64,000 nucleotides of DNA from positions 702-64,701 of the forward strand of contig CAZYBC010000005.1 in the NCBI GenBank assembly GCA_964645645.1. The letters run 5' to 3'. This DNA comes from an uncultured Pseudomonadales bacterium (lineage in GTDB: Bacteria > Patescibacteriota > Microgenomatia > UBA1400 > PJMF01). The position numbers and the translations under genes were made by a program. Within the stretch, counting starts at the first letter, position 1; the number at the start of each line of letters is the position of its first letter. This document shows, one piece after another, positions 1-8,259 of this stretch. The notes beneath the pieces were generated by a model. It saw only the letters and a program-made list of their open reading frames with translations, did no database searches and had not been told where the DNA came from.

Positions 1-1
1 A

Positions 2-343
2 AGTGTGTTAGGGGCCATTGAAACGGCTATTAATAAAGCTGAGCTAAATCTTAATCCAGTAGTTGATGGCGATAAAATTAGAATTGTAGTACCAGCCTTA
101 ACTCAAGAACGACGTCAAGAAATGGTTAAACTTTTACATCAAAAAATTGAATCTGGTAAAGTGATGATTCGTAATGAAAGAACTGACACAAAAAAGATGA
201 TCGAAGCCCAAAAAGGTGAAGCAGCTGTAAGTGAAGATGATATTAAATTAGAATTAACAGAAATGCAAAAAATTGTTGATCAATATATTGAAAAACTAGA
301 AGAAATTGCGGAAGTTAAAGAAAAAGAGTTAATGACTATTTAA
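2..343 (+). CDS. frr: Ribosome recycling factor (5' truncated by window edge)
   Basis: AIETAINKAELNLNP..DG..IRIVVPALTQERRQEMVK..IRNER..SEDD..KEKELM is typical of RRF; the frame is open to the window start. Confidence 0.95.
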   Translation, partial: SVLGAIETAINKAELNLNPVVDGDKIRIVVPALTQERRQEMVKLLHQKIESGKVMIRNERTDTKKMIEAQKGEAAVSEDDIKLELTEMQKIVDQYIEKLEEIAEVKEKELMTI

Positions 344-346
344 ACT

Positions 347-1489
347 ATGTCGATTATTTTAGTGGTTTTGATTATTTCTTTTTTAGTGATTATTCATGAG
401 TTAGGTCATTTTTTTCTGGCTAAAAAACACAAAATTAAGGTAGAAGAATTTGGACTTGGTTATCCACCCAAATTATTTAAATTATTTCGTTGGCTAGATA
501 CAGATTTTACTGTTAATGCCATTCCTTTTGGCGGTTTTGTTAGATTAGAAGGTGAAAATGGGCCAGAAGAAAAAACGGCTGATCAAGCAGAAAAAAAATC
601 TCAACCCAAAGAACAAGCTTTTTACCAAAAATCAGCTTCAGCTAAAATTCAAGTTTTATTAGCTGGAGTTGTCATTAATTTTATTTTTGGTTGCTTAGCT
701 TTTTGTCTGATTTTTTCCTTTATGGGTATTCCTACTTCTTTGAACAACCAGCCCATTATTGGTCAGTTGTCAACAAATTCTCCGGCGGCTGTTGCTCAGT
801 TGCCACTTAATTCATCAATTGAAGCTTTGCAATTAGAAGGTGAAGCTTTAGTAAAAGTTAATCATATTAATCAAGTTCAAGATTTTGTAAAAATTCATCA
901 AGGTCAAACCATTAAGATTTATCTTAGCCAAGAATGTCAAATGGATCTTTGTCAAAGTGCGATGACCGAATATCAAATTTATTTAAGAAAAGATGATGAA
1001 ATTCCTGCTAATGAAGGTTCAATGGGGATCATGTTTGCTGATTATTATCTTAAATTTTATCCTTGGTATGAAATGCCTTTTAGAGCGATGTTCTACGGAG
1101 TTAAACAAGCAGTGTCTTTGGGATTATTAATTTTAGTGACCTTATTAAGTGTTTTTAAAGATTTATTAACTCATGGTTCTTTACCTCAAGATGTGGCTGG
1201 GCCAGTAGGGATTGCTCATCAAGCCAATGAATTTAATTTGGCAGGGCAAGATTGGGCCACTTTATTAAATTTTGCTGGAATGTTATCTATCAATTTAGCA
1301 ATTATGAATTTATTACCATTGCCGGCTTTAGATGGTGGAAGAGCTTTATTTGTTTTATTAGGAAAATTTATCGGTAAGAACAAATTAGAAAAATTGGAAT
1401 CATATCTTAATTATGCTGGTTTTTCTTTATTAATCTTATTAATGATTTTAGTCACTATCCGTGATGTTAGTCGCTGGATTGGAATTTAA
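347..1489 (+). CDS. rseP: M50 site-2 zinc metalloprotease RseP/RasP
   Basis: HELGH zinc motif, IPFGGFV, AGPVGI, NLLPLPALDGG; follows frr. Confidence 0.93.
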   Translation: MSIILVVLIISFLVIIHELGHFFLAKKHKIKVEEFGLGYPPKLFKLFRWLDTDFTVNAIPFGGFVRLEGENGPEEKTADQAEKKSQPKEQAFYQKSASAKIQVLLAGVVINFIFGCLAFCLIFSFMGIPTSLNNQPIIGQLSTNSPAAVAQLPLNSSIEALQLEGEALVKVNHINQVQDFVKIHQGQTIKIYLSQECQMDLCQSAMTEYQIYLRKDDEIPANEGSMGIMFADYYLKFYPWYEMPFRAMFYGVKQAVSLGLLILVTLLSVFKDLLTHGSLPQDVAGPVGIAHQANEFNLAGQDWATLLNFAGMLSINLAIMNLLPLPALDGGRALFVLLGKFIGKNKLEKLESYLNYAGFSLLILLMILVTIRDVSRWIGI

Positions 1490-1494
1490 TTTTT

Positions 1495-1773
1495 ATGGCA
1501 AAAAAACGTACTAAAAAACAAAAATTAGCTGCTAAAGAAAAACGACAGCAAAATTCAACTTCTGTTGCTGTTGTAAAAAATTATTTAGAAGTACAGCCTT
1601 TAACAACAAAAACAGAAGCAGAAGCAACAACTGATAATGCTGATGAAGTAGCTCTAAGAACGACTCAATTATTAAGTACACCTGTCAAATTCATCCATCA
1701 AGATTTATTTAAAACAGCTTTAGTGACAGCAATTATTTTAGTGATCCTGATTGTGCTTGCAATTTATTATTAA
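1495..1773 (+). CDS. Small protein with basic N-terminus and C-terminal TM anchor
   Basis: 92-aa ORF in operon; hydrophobic C-terminal helix. Confidence 0.7.
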   Translation: MAKKRTKKQKLAAKEKRQQNSTSVAVVKNYLEVQPLTTKTEAEATTDNADEVALRTTQLLSTPVKFIHQDLFKTALVTAIILVILIVLAIYY

Positions 1774-1791
1774 ATAGTTAACAATTAAGTA

Positions 1792-1817
1792 ATAAGCTCT
1801 TGGAGTTTATTTTTTTT
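1792..1817 (+). terminator. Weak intrinsic terminator candidate
   Basis: ATAAGCTC-TTG-GAGTTTAT stem (one G-U pair) followed by a T run. Confidence 0.4.
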
Positions 1818-1843
1818 GAATATCACGAAAGGAACAAGTTTTA

Positions 1844-3049
1844 ATGTCAAAAAAAATTCTTATTAGTGCTTTAGTTTTATATCTATTATCTGGCGGTTTG
1901 TCTTATACTGCTTTTTCATATTTCATGCCAGGTTCTTCTAGCATTTCTGTTACAGATCAGACTGATAATAATGGCTCAAATGATCAAGAAAATACAGCTT
2001 TAGCTGCTTTATTGGAAATTGATCCAAATGAAGCTAAAGATCAAGTTTGTCCTTTAAATGGTGCTTATTTTACTAATACAGAAAAGACAGCCTGGGAAAA
2101 ACGTCGTCCTTTATTTGTAATGATTGAAAATTCAGTTGATGCGAGACCTCATTCTGGTATTAATAATGCTGATGTTGTTTTTGAAGCTGTTGCTGAAGGT
2201 GGTGTTACTCGTTTTGGTGCTTTATTTTATTGTAATGCTCAAGCTTACAATGTTACTTTAGCTCCAGTACGTAGCGCTAGAACTTATTTTGTAGATTGGG
2301 CTAGCGGCTTTAATTATCCAATGTATGTTCATGTCGGTGGTGCTAATATTCCTGGCCCAGCCAATGCTTTAGGTCAGATTGCTGATTATGGTTGGAATTT
2401 ACAAAATGACATTAATCAATTTTCAGTAGGTTATCCTACTTTTGTTCGTAATGCTAATCGTTTAGCTGGTAAAGAAGTAGCTACTGAACATACCATGGAG
2501 ACTACCACTGAGGCTTTATGGAAAGTAGCAGAAGAAAGAGAATGGACTAATCTTAGCCCAGTAAGAAAAGTAGGACGTACTTCTGTGGGCGGTGACGATT
2601 GGAAAACTGGTTATAAAGGTTGGACTTTCTTAGATGAAGAGCCAGCTGATGGAACAGTTGCTAATATTGCTTATGATTTTTGGAGCGGTTACGGTCAATT
2701 TAGCGTTGCTTGGAAATATGATCCAGCTACCAAAATGTATTTAAGATCTAATGGTGGAGAAATTCATACTGACTTAAATACTGGCAAACAAGTCACTGCT
2801 AAAAATGTAATTGTTGCTTGGATGGTAGAAAAAGGCCCGATTGATGAGGCTAAACATTTACTTTATACCACGCTTGGTACTGGTGAAGCTTTAGTCTTCC
2901 ATAACGGTACAGTTACTGAAGTATTATGGCAGAAAAAGACTCGTGAAGGAGAATTAACCTTTGTAGATAAAAAAGGTAAACCAGTTGAGTTAGCCAGAGG
3001 TATGACTTGGATTAGTGTTTTACCTAAGGGTAATAAAGTTACCTATTAA
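1844..3049 (+). CDS. DUF3048 / YerB-like secreted or membrane-anchored protein
   Basis: N-terminal signal/TM; RPLFVMIEN..ARPHSG...ADVVFEAVAEGGVTRF, PVRSAR motifs. Confidence 0.85.
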   Translation: MSKKILISALVLYLLSGGLSYTAFSYFMPGSSSISVTDQTDNNGSNDQENTALAALLEIDPNEAKDQVCPLNGAYFTNTEKTAWEKRRPLFVMIENSVDARPHSGINNADVVFEAVAEGGVTRFGALFYCNAQAYNVTLAPVRSARTYFVDWASGFNYPMYVHVGGANIPGPANALGQIADYGWNLQNDINQFSVGYPTFVRNANRLAGKEVATEHTMETTTEALWKVAEEREWTNLSPVRKVGRTSVGGDDWKTGYKGWTFLDEEPADGTVANIAYDFWSGYGQFSVAWKYDPATKMYLRSNGGEIHTDLNTGKQVTAKNVIVAWMVEKGPIDEAKHLLYTTLGTGEALVFHNGTVTEVLWQKKTREGELTFVDKKGKPVELARGMTWISVLPKGNKVTY

Positions 3050-3076
3050 AAAGCAATTATTAATAGTGTCAAATTT

Positions 3077-3101
3077 TGCCGGGCTTTTAGCCCGGCATTT
3101 T
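3077..3101 (+). terminator. Intrinsic terminator
   Basis: TGCCGGGCT-TTT-AGCCCGGCA perfect 9-bp stem followed by TTTT, downstream of the DUF3048 gene. Confidence 0.8.
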
Positions 3102-3172
3102 AGTTAAACAAGCTTTTTATAAACCATAGCGGTAGTTTTTAAGTTGTGTTTTTAAATCATTCCAATAATTGA

Positions 3173-3242
3173 AAAAAATATATATGACTTTATAAACCAT
3201 TTGAGCGAAGCGATTGCGTTTATAAAGTCATATATATTTTTT
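3173..3242. repeat. Perfect 25-bp inverted repeat with 20-nt spacer containing GCGAAGC
   Basis: AAAAAATATATATGACTTTATAAAC (3173-3197) and its exact reverse complement (3218-3242). Confidence 0.95.
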
Positions 3243-3318
3243 ACTGCTTTACTAATAATTGAGTACATATTATATTCTATTTAATTATCTATAATTATTT
3301 TTATAAAAAAGGTATTTT

Positions 3319-3921
3319 ATGAGCAGCATGCAAGACTTTATGATCTCCAGGGTAAGAGTGAAAATGTTGGAATTATTTTTTTGTGAAGAAGATGAAATGT
3401 TTTATGTTAGAGAAATTACTCGTCGGATTAAAGAAGAAATTAATGCTGTAAGACGTGAATTAGATAGAATGTTAGAATCAAGTATTCTTAAAAGTGAACA
3501 ACGTGGTAATCGTCTTTATTATTACCTAAATAAAAAATACCTTTATTATCAAGAATTACAACGGATGGTCGCTAAAAGTATTGGTTTAGGTAAAAAAATT
3601 CGCAAATTACGTCATAAATTAGGCCAATTAGATTACGTTATGTTTTCTGGTAAATTTATTACTGGCCGTAGACCCAATCGAGATGAAGTAGATGTTTTAG
3701 TAATTGGTGACGTGGTTTTAACAGAATTAGAAGAATTAATGAAAAAAGAGCAAGAAAGATTAGGTAGAGAAGTTAATTATGCTGTTTTCTCTTTAGATGA
3801 ATTTGATTTTAGAAAAGTGAGAAGAGATCCTTTTATTATGGATATTCTTTATTCTAATCGAATTATGATTATTGGCGACGAAATTTCTTTTGCAGAACGA
3901 AAAACCACCAATGTAGTTTAG
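3319..3921 (+). CDS. Winged-helix DNA-binding domain fused to minimal nucleotidyltransferase-like domain
   Basis: FYVREITRRI.EEINAVRRELDRM helix-turn-helix; FSGKF....DEVDVLVIG Pol-beta-like motif. Confidence 0.75.
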   Translation: MSSMQDFMISRVRVKMLELFFCEEDEMFYVREITRRIKEEINAVRRELDRMLESSILKSEQRGNRLYYYLNKKYLYYQELQRMVAKSIGLGKKIRKLRHKLGQLDYVMFSGKFITGRRPNRDEVDVLVIGDVVLTELEELMKKEQERLGREVNYAVFSLDEFDFRKVRRDPFIMDILYSNRIMIIGDEISFAERKTTNVV

Positions 3922-3930
3922 AAATTTTTT

Positions 3931-5313
3931 ATGAAAAACCAAAATTTAAAACGTTTATTACTTATTATTTTGCTTTTTTTAATTAGCTTATATATTAGTT
4001 TACCAAGTAAATTTAAACTTGATTTTAAAATTTTTGGCAAACAAATTTCTCAAGAAATTCAAATTCCACAATTAGATTTTTGGTTTTTTGGCAAAAAAGT
4101 TAATCCAAAATTTGAATTAAAAAGAGGTCTAGATATTCAAGGTGGAATGCAGGTAGTTTTGCAAGCCAAGATGGATAATATCGCTTTAGAAGATAGAGAA
4201 ACAGCTTTAGAAGCTGCTAAAAATATTATTTTACGTCGGGTAGATTTATTTGGCGTGGCAGAGCCACGGGTACAGACTGCTCAAGCTGGAGAAAATGATT
4301 ATCGTATTATTGTTGAATTACCAGGTGTTGATGATCCTGCCGCCGCTCTGCAATTAGTTGGTCAAACTGCTCAATTAGATTTTAGATTACAAAAAGAACA
4401 ACTCTCACCAGAAGCTACTCAATCAGCAGCCGCTTTTTTAAGTGATTTTGAAAAAACTGGTCTTTCTGGTAAACAACTTAAAAAAGCTCAAGTTCAATTT
4501 AACCCCAATAGTAGCGAACCAGTCATTAGCTTGGAATTTGATGAAGAAGGGACGCAATTATTTGCGGATATTACTAAAAATCACCAGGGGGGTGTTTTAG
4601 CTATTTTTATTGATGAGTTTCCTGTAGCTATGCCAAGAATTAATGAACCGATTTTAACGGGTCAAGCACAGATGTCAGGTGGTTTTGATTTAGAATCAGC
4701 TAAACAACTAGCTATTCAACTTAATGCTGGGGCTTTGCCGGTTTCAATTAATGTTATTAGTCAACAAAACATCGGGGCCAGTTTGGGTGATCAATCTATT
4801 AAAGAAAGTATTAAAGCAGGTGTCATTGGTCTAATTTTGGTAATGCTATTTATGATTTTATATTATGGTAGACAAGGTTTAATTGCCAGTGTAGCGTTAT
4901 TAATTTATGCTGCCATTACGATTGCTTTATATAAACTTTTAGGAGTAGTAGTTACTTTACCAGGTATTGCTGGCTTATTGATCTCAATTGGTATGGCTGT
5001 TGATTCTAATATTTTAGTTTTTGAAAGAATTAAAGAAGAATTAAGAAACGGACAAATGGAAGACCGAGCCATTGAATTAGGTTTCGGAAAAGCCTGGGAA
5101 AGTATTAAAGATGCTAATTTAGCTACTATTATTACAGCCTTAATTTTAATTAACCCGCTTAATGCGAGATTTCTTAATAGTAGTGGTTTAGTCAGAGGGT
5201 TTGGAATTACGCTTTTATTAGGTGTTTTAGTGGGTTTATTTACTGGTGTGGTAGTTAGTCGGACTTTAATGAGAGTCTTTTTACCTATTTTAGTCAGGAA
5301 AAAAGTTAAATGA
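3931..5313 (+). CDS. secD: Protein translocase subunit SecD
   Basis: GLDIQGG, RRVDLFGVAEP, IIVELPG, LNAGALP, IGASLG, TLPGIAG, GMAVDSNILVFERIKEE. Confidence 0.97.
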   Translation: MKNQNLKRLLLIILLFLISLYISLPSKFKLDFKIFGKQISQEIQIPQLDFWFFGKKVNPKFELKRGLDIQGGMQVVLQAKMDNIALEDRETALEAAKNIILRRVDLFGVAEPRVQTAQAGENDYRIIVELPGVDDPAAALQLVGQTAQLDFRLQKEQLSPEATQSAAAFLSDFEKTGLSGKQLKKAQVQFNPNSSEPVISLEFDEEGTQLFADITKNHQGGVLAIFIDEFPVAMPRINEPILTGQAQMSGGFDLESAKQLAIQLNAGALPVSINVISQQNIGASLGDQSIKESIKAGVIGLILVMLFMILYYGRQGLIASVALLIYAAITIALYKLLGVVVTLPGIAGLLISIGMAVDSNILVFERIKEELRNGQMEDRAIELGFGKAWESIKDANLATIITALILINPLNARFLNSSGLVRGFGITLLLGVLVGLFTGVVVSRTLMRVFLPILVRKKVK

Positions 5314-5735
5314 AAAAATCAACAGTAGTTTTTGATATGCACGGGGTGATTTATGAACATGATTATCATGCTGATGGTTCACATCATTTTGTAGAAATAG
5401 ATCATGCCTTGCAAGTTTTATTAGCTTATTATCAAGCTGGATATAAGATTGTAATTTTATCTAGCTCGGCAACTGAATATTCTCGACAAATTTTGGAAAG
5501 TTTATTAGTTAATTATCCTCAAGTTGATCAAATAAAATTTTTTAAGGAATTAGATATTTTGTCAATGAAATATTTTGGCAGTAAAGATAACCAAGATTCT
5601 TGGCAAGCAGCCTTAGAACCTTATGTTAATATTGAACATATTTATGAGGATGGGGAATATAAATTAAAAATGGCTGGTTTAGCAGCTCAAGCTTTGGGTT
5701 CTCAACCAACTTTACATTTAAGTACTCAAGAATAA
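5310..5735 (+). CDS. Small HAD-superfamily-like protein
   Basis: VVFDMHGVI motif I variant, ILSS motif II, K and YED motif IV. Confidence 0.6.
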   Translation: MKKSTVVFDMHGVIYEHDYHADGSHHFVEIDHALQVLLAYYQAGYKIVILSSSATEYSRQILESLLVNYPQVDQIKFFKELDILSMKYFGSKDNQDSWQAALEPYVNIEHIYEDGEYKLKMAGLAAQALGSQPTLHLSTQE

Positions 5736-5745
5736 AAAGGATATT

Positions 5746-6618
5746 ATGAATCTTCTTAAATATAAATGGATTTTTTTCACTATTTCAGCCGTAATTTTGA
5801 TTCCTGGTTTAATTAGTTTACTTTTATTTGGTTTAAAACCAGGCTTAGATTTTATTGGAGGGTCTTTATTAGAAGTAAAAGTTTTAGATCAAGCGAAATC
5901 TCTTGATGGGCAGACGATCTTTGATGATCTAAAAGCAGATTACTCTTTAGAGAGTGTTGTAATATCTAAAGAGAATCAAATAATTATTAGAGCTGAAGAA
6001 CTTAGTAATGAGCAAAAAGACATTTTATTGACAAAATTAAATGATAAACTTGGTCAAGTTGAAGAGATTAAATTTGAAACAGTAGGGCCTACTTTAGGAA
6101 AAGAATTGTTAATTAAAACTATTGTCGCTGTTATTTTAGTAGCTTTTTTTACTATTTTATACGTTTGGTATGAATTTAAGGATTTTTCTTTTGGAGTCTG
6201 TGCAATTTTAGGAATGTTTCATGATAGTTTCATTTTATTAGGAATTTTTAGTTTATTAGGTAAGTTTATGAAGGTAGAAGTAGATGTTTTATTTGTAACT
6301 GCTATCTTAACCACTTTGTCTTTTTCTATTCATGATACGATTGTGATTTTTAATCGGATTAAAGAATTAGAAAAAAAACATGTTAGAGAAAAATTTACGA
6401 CAGTGGCTAATGTTGCAGCAGTAGAAAATTTGTCTCGTTCGATTAATAACTCTATAACTATTATTTTAATGCTGGTAGCTTTAGTGGTTTTAGGAGGTGA
6501 TACTTTACGTTGGTTTAGTTTGGCTTTATTAATTGGGGCAATTATTGGGACTTATTCTAGTACCTTTGTGGCTGTGCCTTTATTAACTGTTTGGCAGGAA
6601 AGAAAAAAGAAAAAATAG
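5746..6618 (+). CDS. secF: Protein translocase subunit SecF
   Basis: GLDFIGG, VGPTLG, FHD, SIHDTIVIFNRIKE, RSIN, GTYSSTFVA. Confidence 0.96.
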   Translation: MNLLKYKWIFFTISAVILIPGLISLLLFGLKPGLDFIGGSLLEVKVLDQAKSLDGQTIFDDLKADYSLESVVISKENQIIIRAEELSNEQKDILLTKLNDKLGQVEEIKFETVGPTLGKELLIKTIVAVILVAFFTILYVWYEFKDFSFGVCAILGMFHDSFILLGIFSLLGKFMKVEVDVLFVTAILTTLSFSIHDTIVIFNRIKELEKKHVREKFTTVANVAAVENLSRSINNSITIILMLVALVVLGGDTLRWFSLALLIGAIIGTYSSTFVAVPLLTVWQERKKKK

Positions 6619-6621
6619 TTG

Positions 6622-8241
6622 TTAGCTATTTTTTTGAGCTATTAGTTCTTTGGCTAAAGCTAAAAGTTTTTTAACTTCGTTTTCAGCTGGATTTTCTAGT
6701 ACTATTTCTAAAAGTTGATTAAGAATTTCACCTAAAATTGGCCCTGGTTTAAGTTGGAGTTTTTCCATTAAGTCATGACCATTGATAGCCAGATCAGTTA
6801 CTTCCATAGGCTGATTAAGTTGGTCTACCATTCGTTGCTTCATTTCTTCTAAACGCCAACTGGTTTTTTTAGAACCACTGCCCAGGCGATCAGCTTCACG
6901 CAGATCTAGCATATCATCTACATTTTCTAGGCCAACTTTGCGCATAAAACGTCTAATTGAAGCATCAGTATGATCTGGTTGATAATAAAACATATGATAG
7001 CGAACCATAATAAATAAGCGTTGTAATTGTTTTTTGCTTAATTTTAGCCGTTTACCAATTTTATCAGCGATTCTTGAACCAACAATTTCATGGTTATAAA
7101 AAGTAATGGTGTTATTTTGATATTTTTGAGTAGAGGCTTTACCGATATCATGTAAAAGGGTAGCCAAACGCACAATCGGATCATGATTAGGACAAGCTTG
7201 TACGGCATTAAGACTATGAACCCAAACATCAGTAGTATGATGACCAGCCTGATCAACCTTTTTAGTACTAATTAATTCAGGTAAAATTTCTGCTAATAAT
7301 TCTGTTTGATCTAATAATTCAATGGCCCGCTTGGGTTGATCACTAGCTAACATTTTTAAGAGTTCATCTCTAATTCTTTCGCCGCTGATATGTTTAATTA
7401 ATTGATGTTGTTGTTTAATCGCTTCTAAAACTGGTTGAGTAAGATTAAACTTTAACTGCACAGCAAAACGAATAGCTCTCAACATTCTTAAGGCATCTTC
7501 TTGAAAACGTTCGGTTGTTTCACCTACGGTGTTAAGTTGTTTAGCACTGAGATCTTTCATGCCATTATGTTCGTCAATTAACTGATATTGGCTCGGTTTA
7601 ATCAAATATTGAGTTTGTAAAATTTTTTGACTAAAAATTTCTTCCAAAAAAGCGTCTTCAATTTTTAAAGCCATGGCATTAATAGTGAAGTCACGGCGAT
7701 TAAGATCTTCTTGAATAGTTTTTCCCCAGCTAACTTGGCTAGGATGTCGGAAGTCAGTATATAAAGATTCGCTGCGATAAGTAGTAATTTCAAAATCATG
7801 AACTTGAGTATTATTTTTATCTAATTCTGATTGGGGTTCAGTAAGTGATTGATGCAGTTTACTGGCTTTAGCTAAATCAATTAGTTTAGTCTTTGGTTGA
7901 TTAGTTAATTCCACCCAAGTAGCTAAATTTTTAGCTGGTAAAGTATATTGTTTTTCAAGCTGAATAAGTAATTTTTCGTGAGCTGTTGCTACAGTGCCAA
8001 ATTCATTTTCATAATAACTATCAGGAAAAATTTTCAAAATTTTTTCTGGAGGAGCATTGGTCGTAAAATCATAATCAGCTATAACTTGATTAAAAATTAA
8101 TTGATTTTGAGCATTTTGCAAACTATTTAAACTATTAATCAAAATATCTCTCACCGCTCCGCCTACAATATAGGCATCAACATTAGCTTGACGTAAAGTA
8201 TAAAGCACAAATAAAGTTTCGAAAGGTAAAGAGATAATCAT
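6622..8241 (-). CDS. cca: CCA-adding tRNA nucleotidyltransferase (class II) with HD domain; start revised to ATG at 8241
   Basis: VGGAVRD, DYD, EITTYR, DLNRRDFTINAMA, FQEDALRMLRAIRF, LLHDIGK. Confidence 0.9.
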   Translation of the reverse strand: MIISLPFETLFVLYTLRQANVDAYIVGGAVRDILINSLNSLQNAQNQLIFNQVIADYDFTTNAPPEKILKIFPDSYYENEFGTVATAHEKLLIQLEKQYTLPAKNLATWVELTNQPKTKLIDLAKASKLHQSLTEPQSELDKNNTQVHDFEITTYRSESLYTDFRHPSQVSWGKTIQEDLNRRDFTINAMALKIEDAFLEEIFSQKILQTQYLIKPSQYQLIDEHNGMKDLSAKQLNTVGETTERFQEDALRMLRAIRFAVQLKFNLTQPVLEAIKQQHQLIKHISGERIRDELLKMLASDQPKRAIELLDQTELLAEILPELISTKKVDQAGHHTTDVWVHSLNAVQACPNHDPIVRLATLLHDIGKASTQKYQNNTITFYNHEIVGSRIADKIGKRLKLSKKQLQRLFIMVRYHMFYYQPDHTDASIRRFMRKVGLENVDDMLDLREADRLGSGSKKTSWRLEEMKQRMVDQLNQPMEVTDLAINGHDLMEKLQLKPGPILGEILNQLLEIVLENPAENEVKKLLALAKELIAQKNS

Positions 8242-8259
8242 AATGGTATTATAAATGAT
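8242..8259. promoter_or_regulatory. 18-bp bidirectional leaderless-type promoter (cca/recJ)
   Basis: Minus strand TATAAT-6nt-ATG; plus strand TATTAT-7nt-ATG; no room for an RBS. Confidence 0.6.

Noticed and set aside
3173-3242. Integron attC, CRISPR repeat or DGR hairpin interpretation of the palindrome
   Set aside because: AAC..GTT lie at the inner ends only 20 nt apart, it is single-copy in the window, and no integrase, cas or reverse transcriptase gene is visible.
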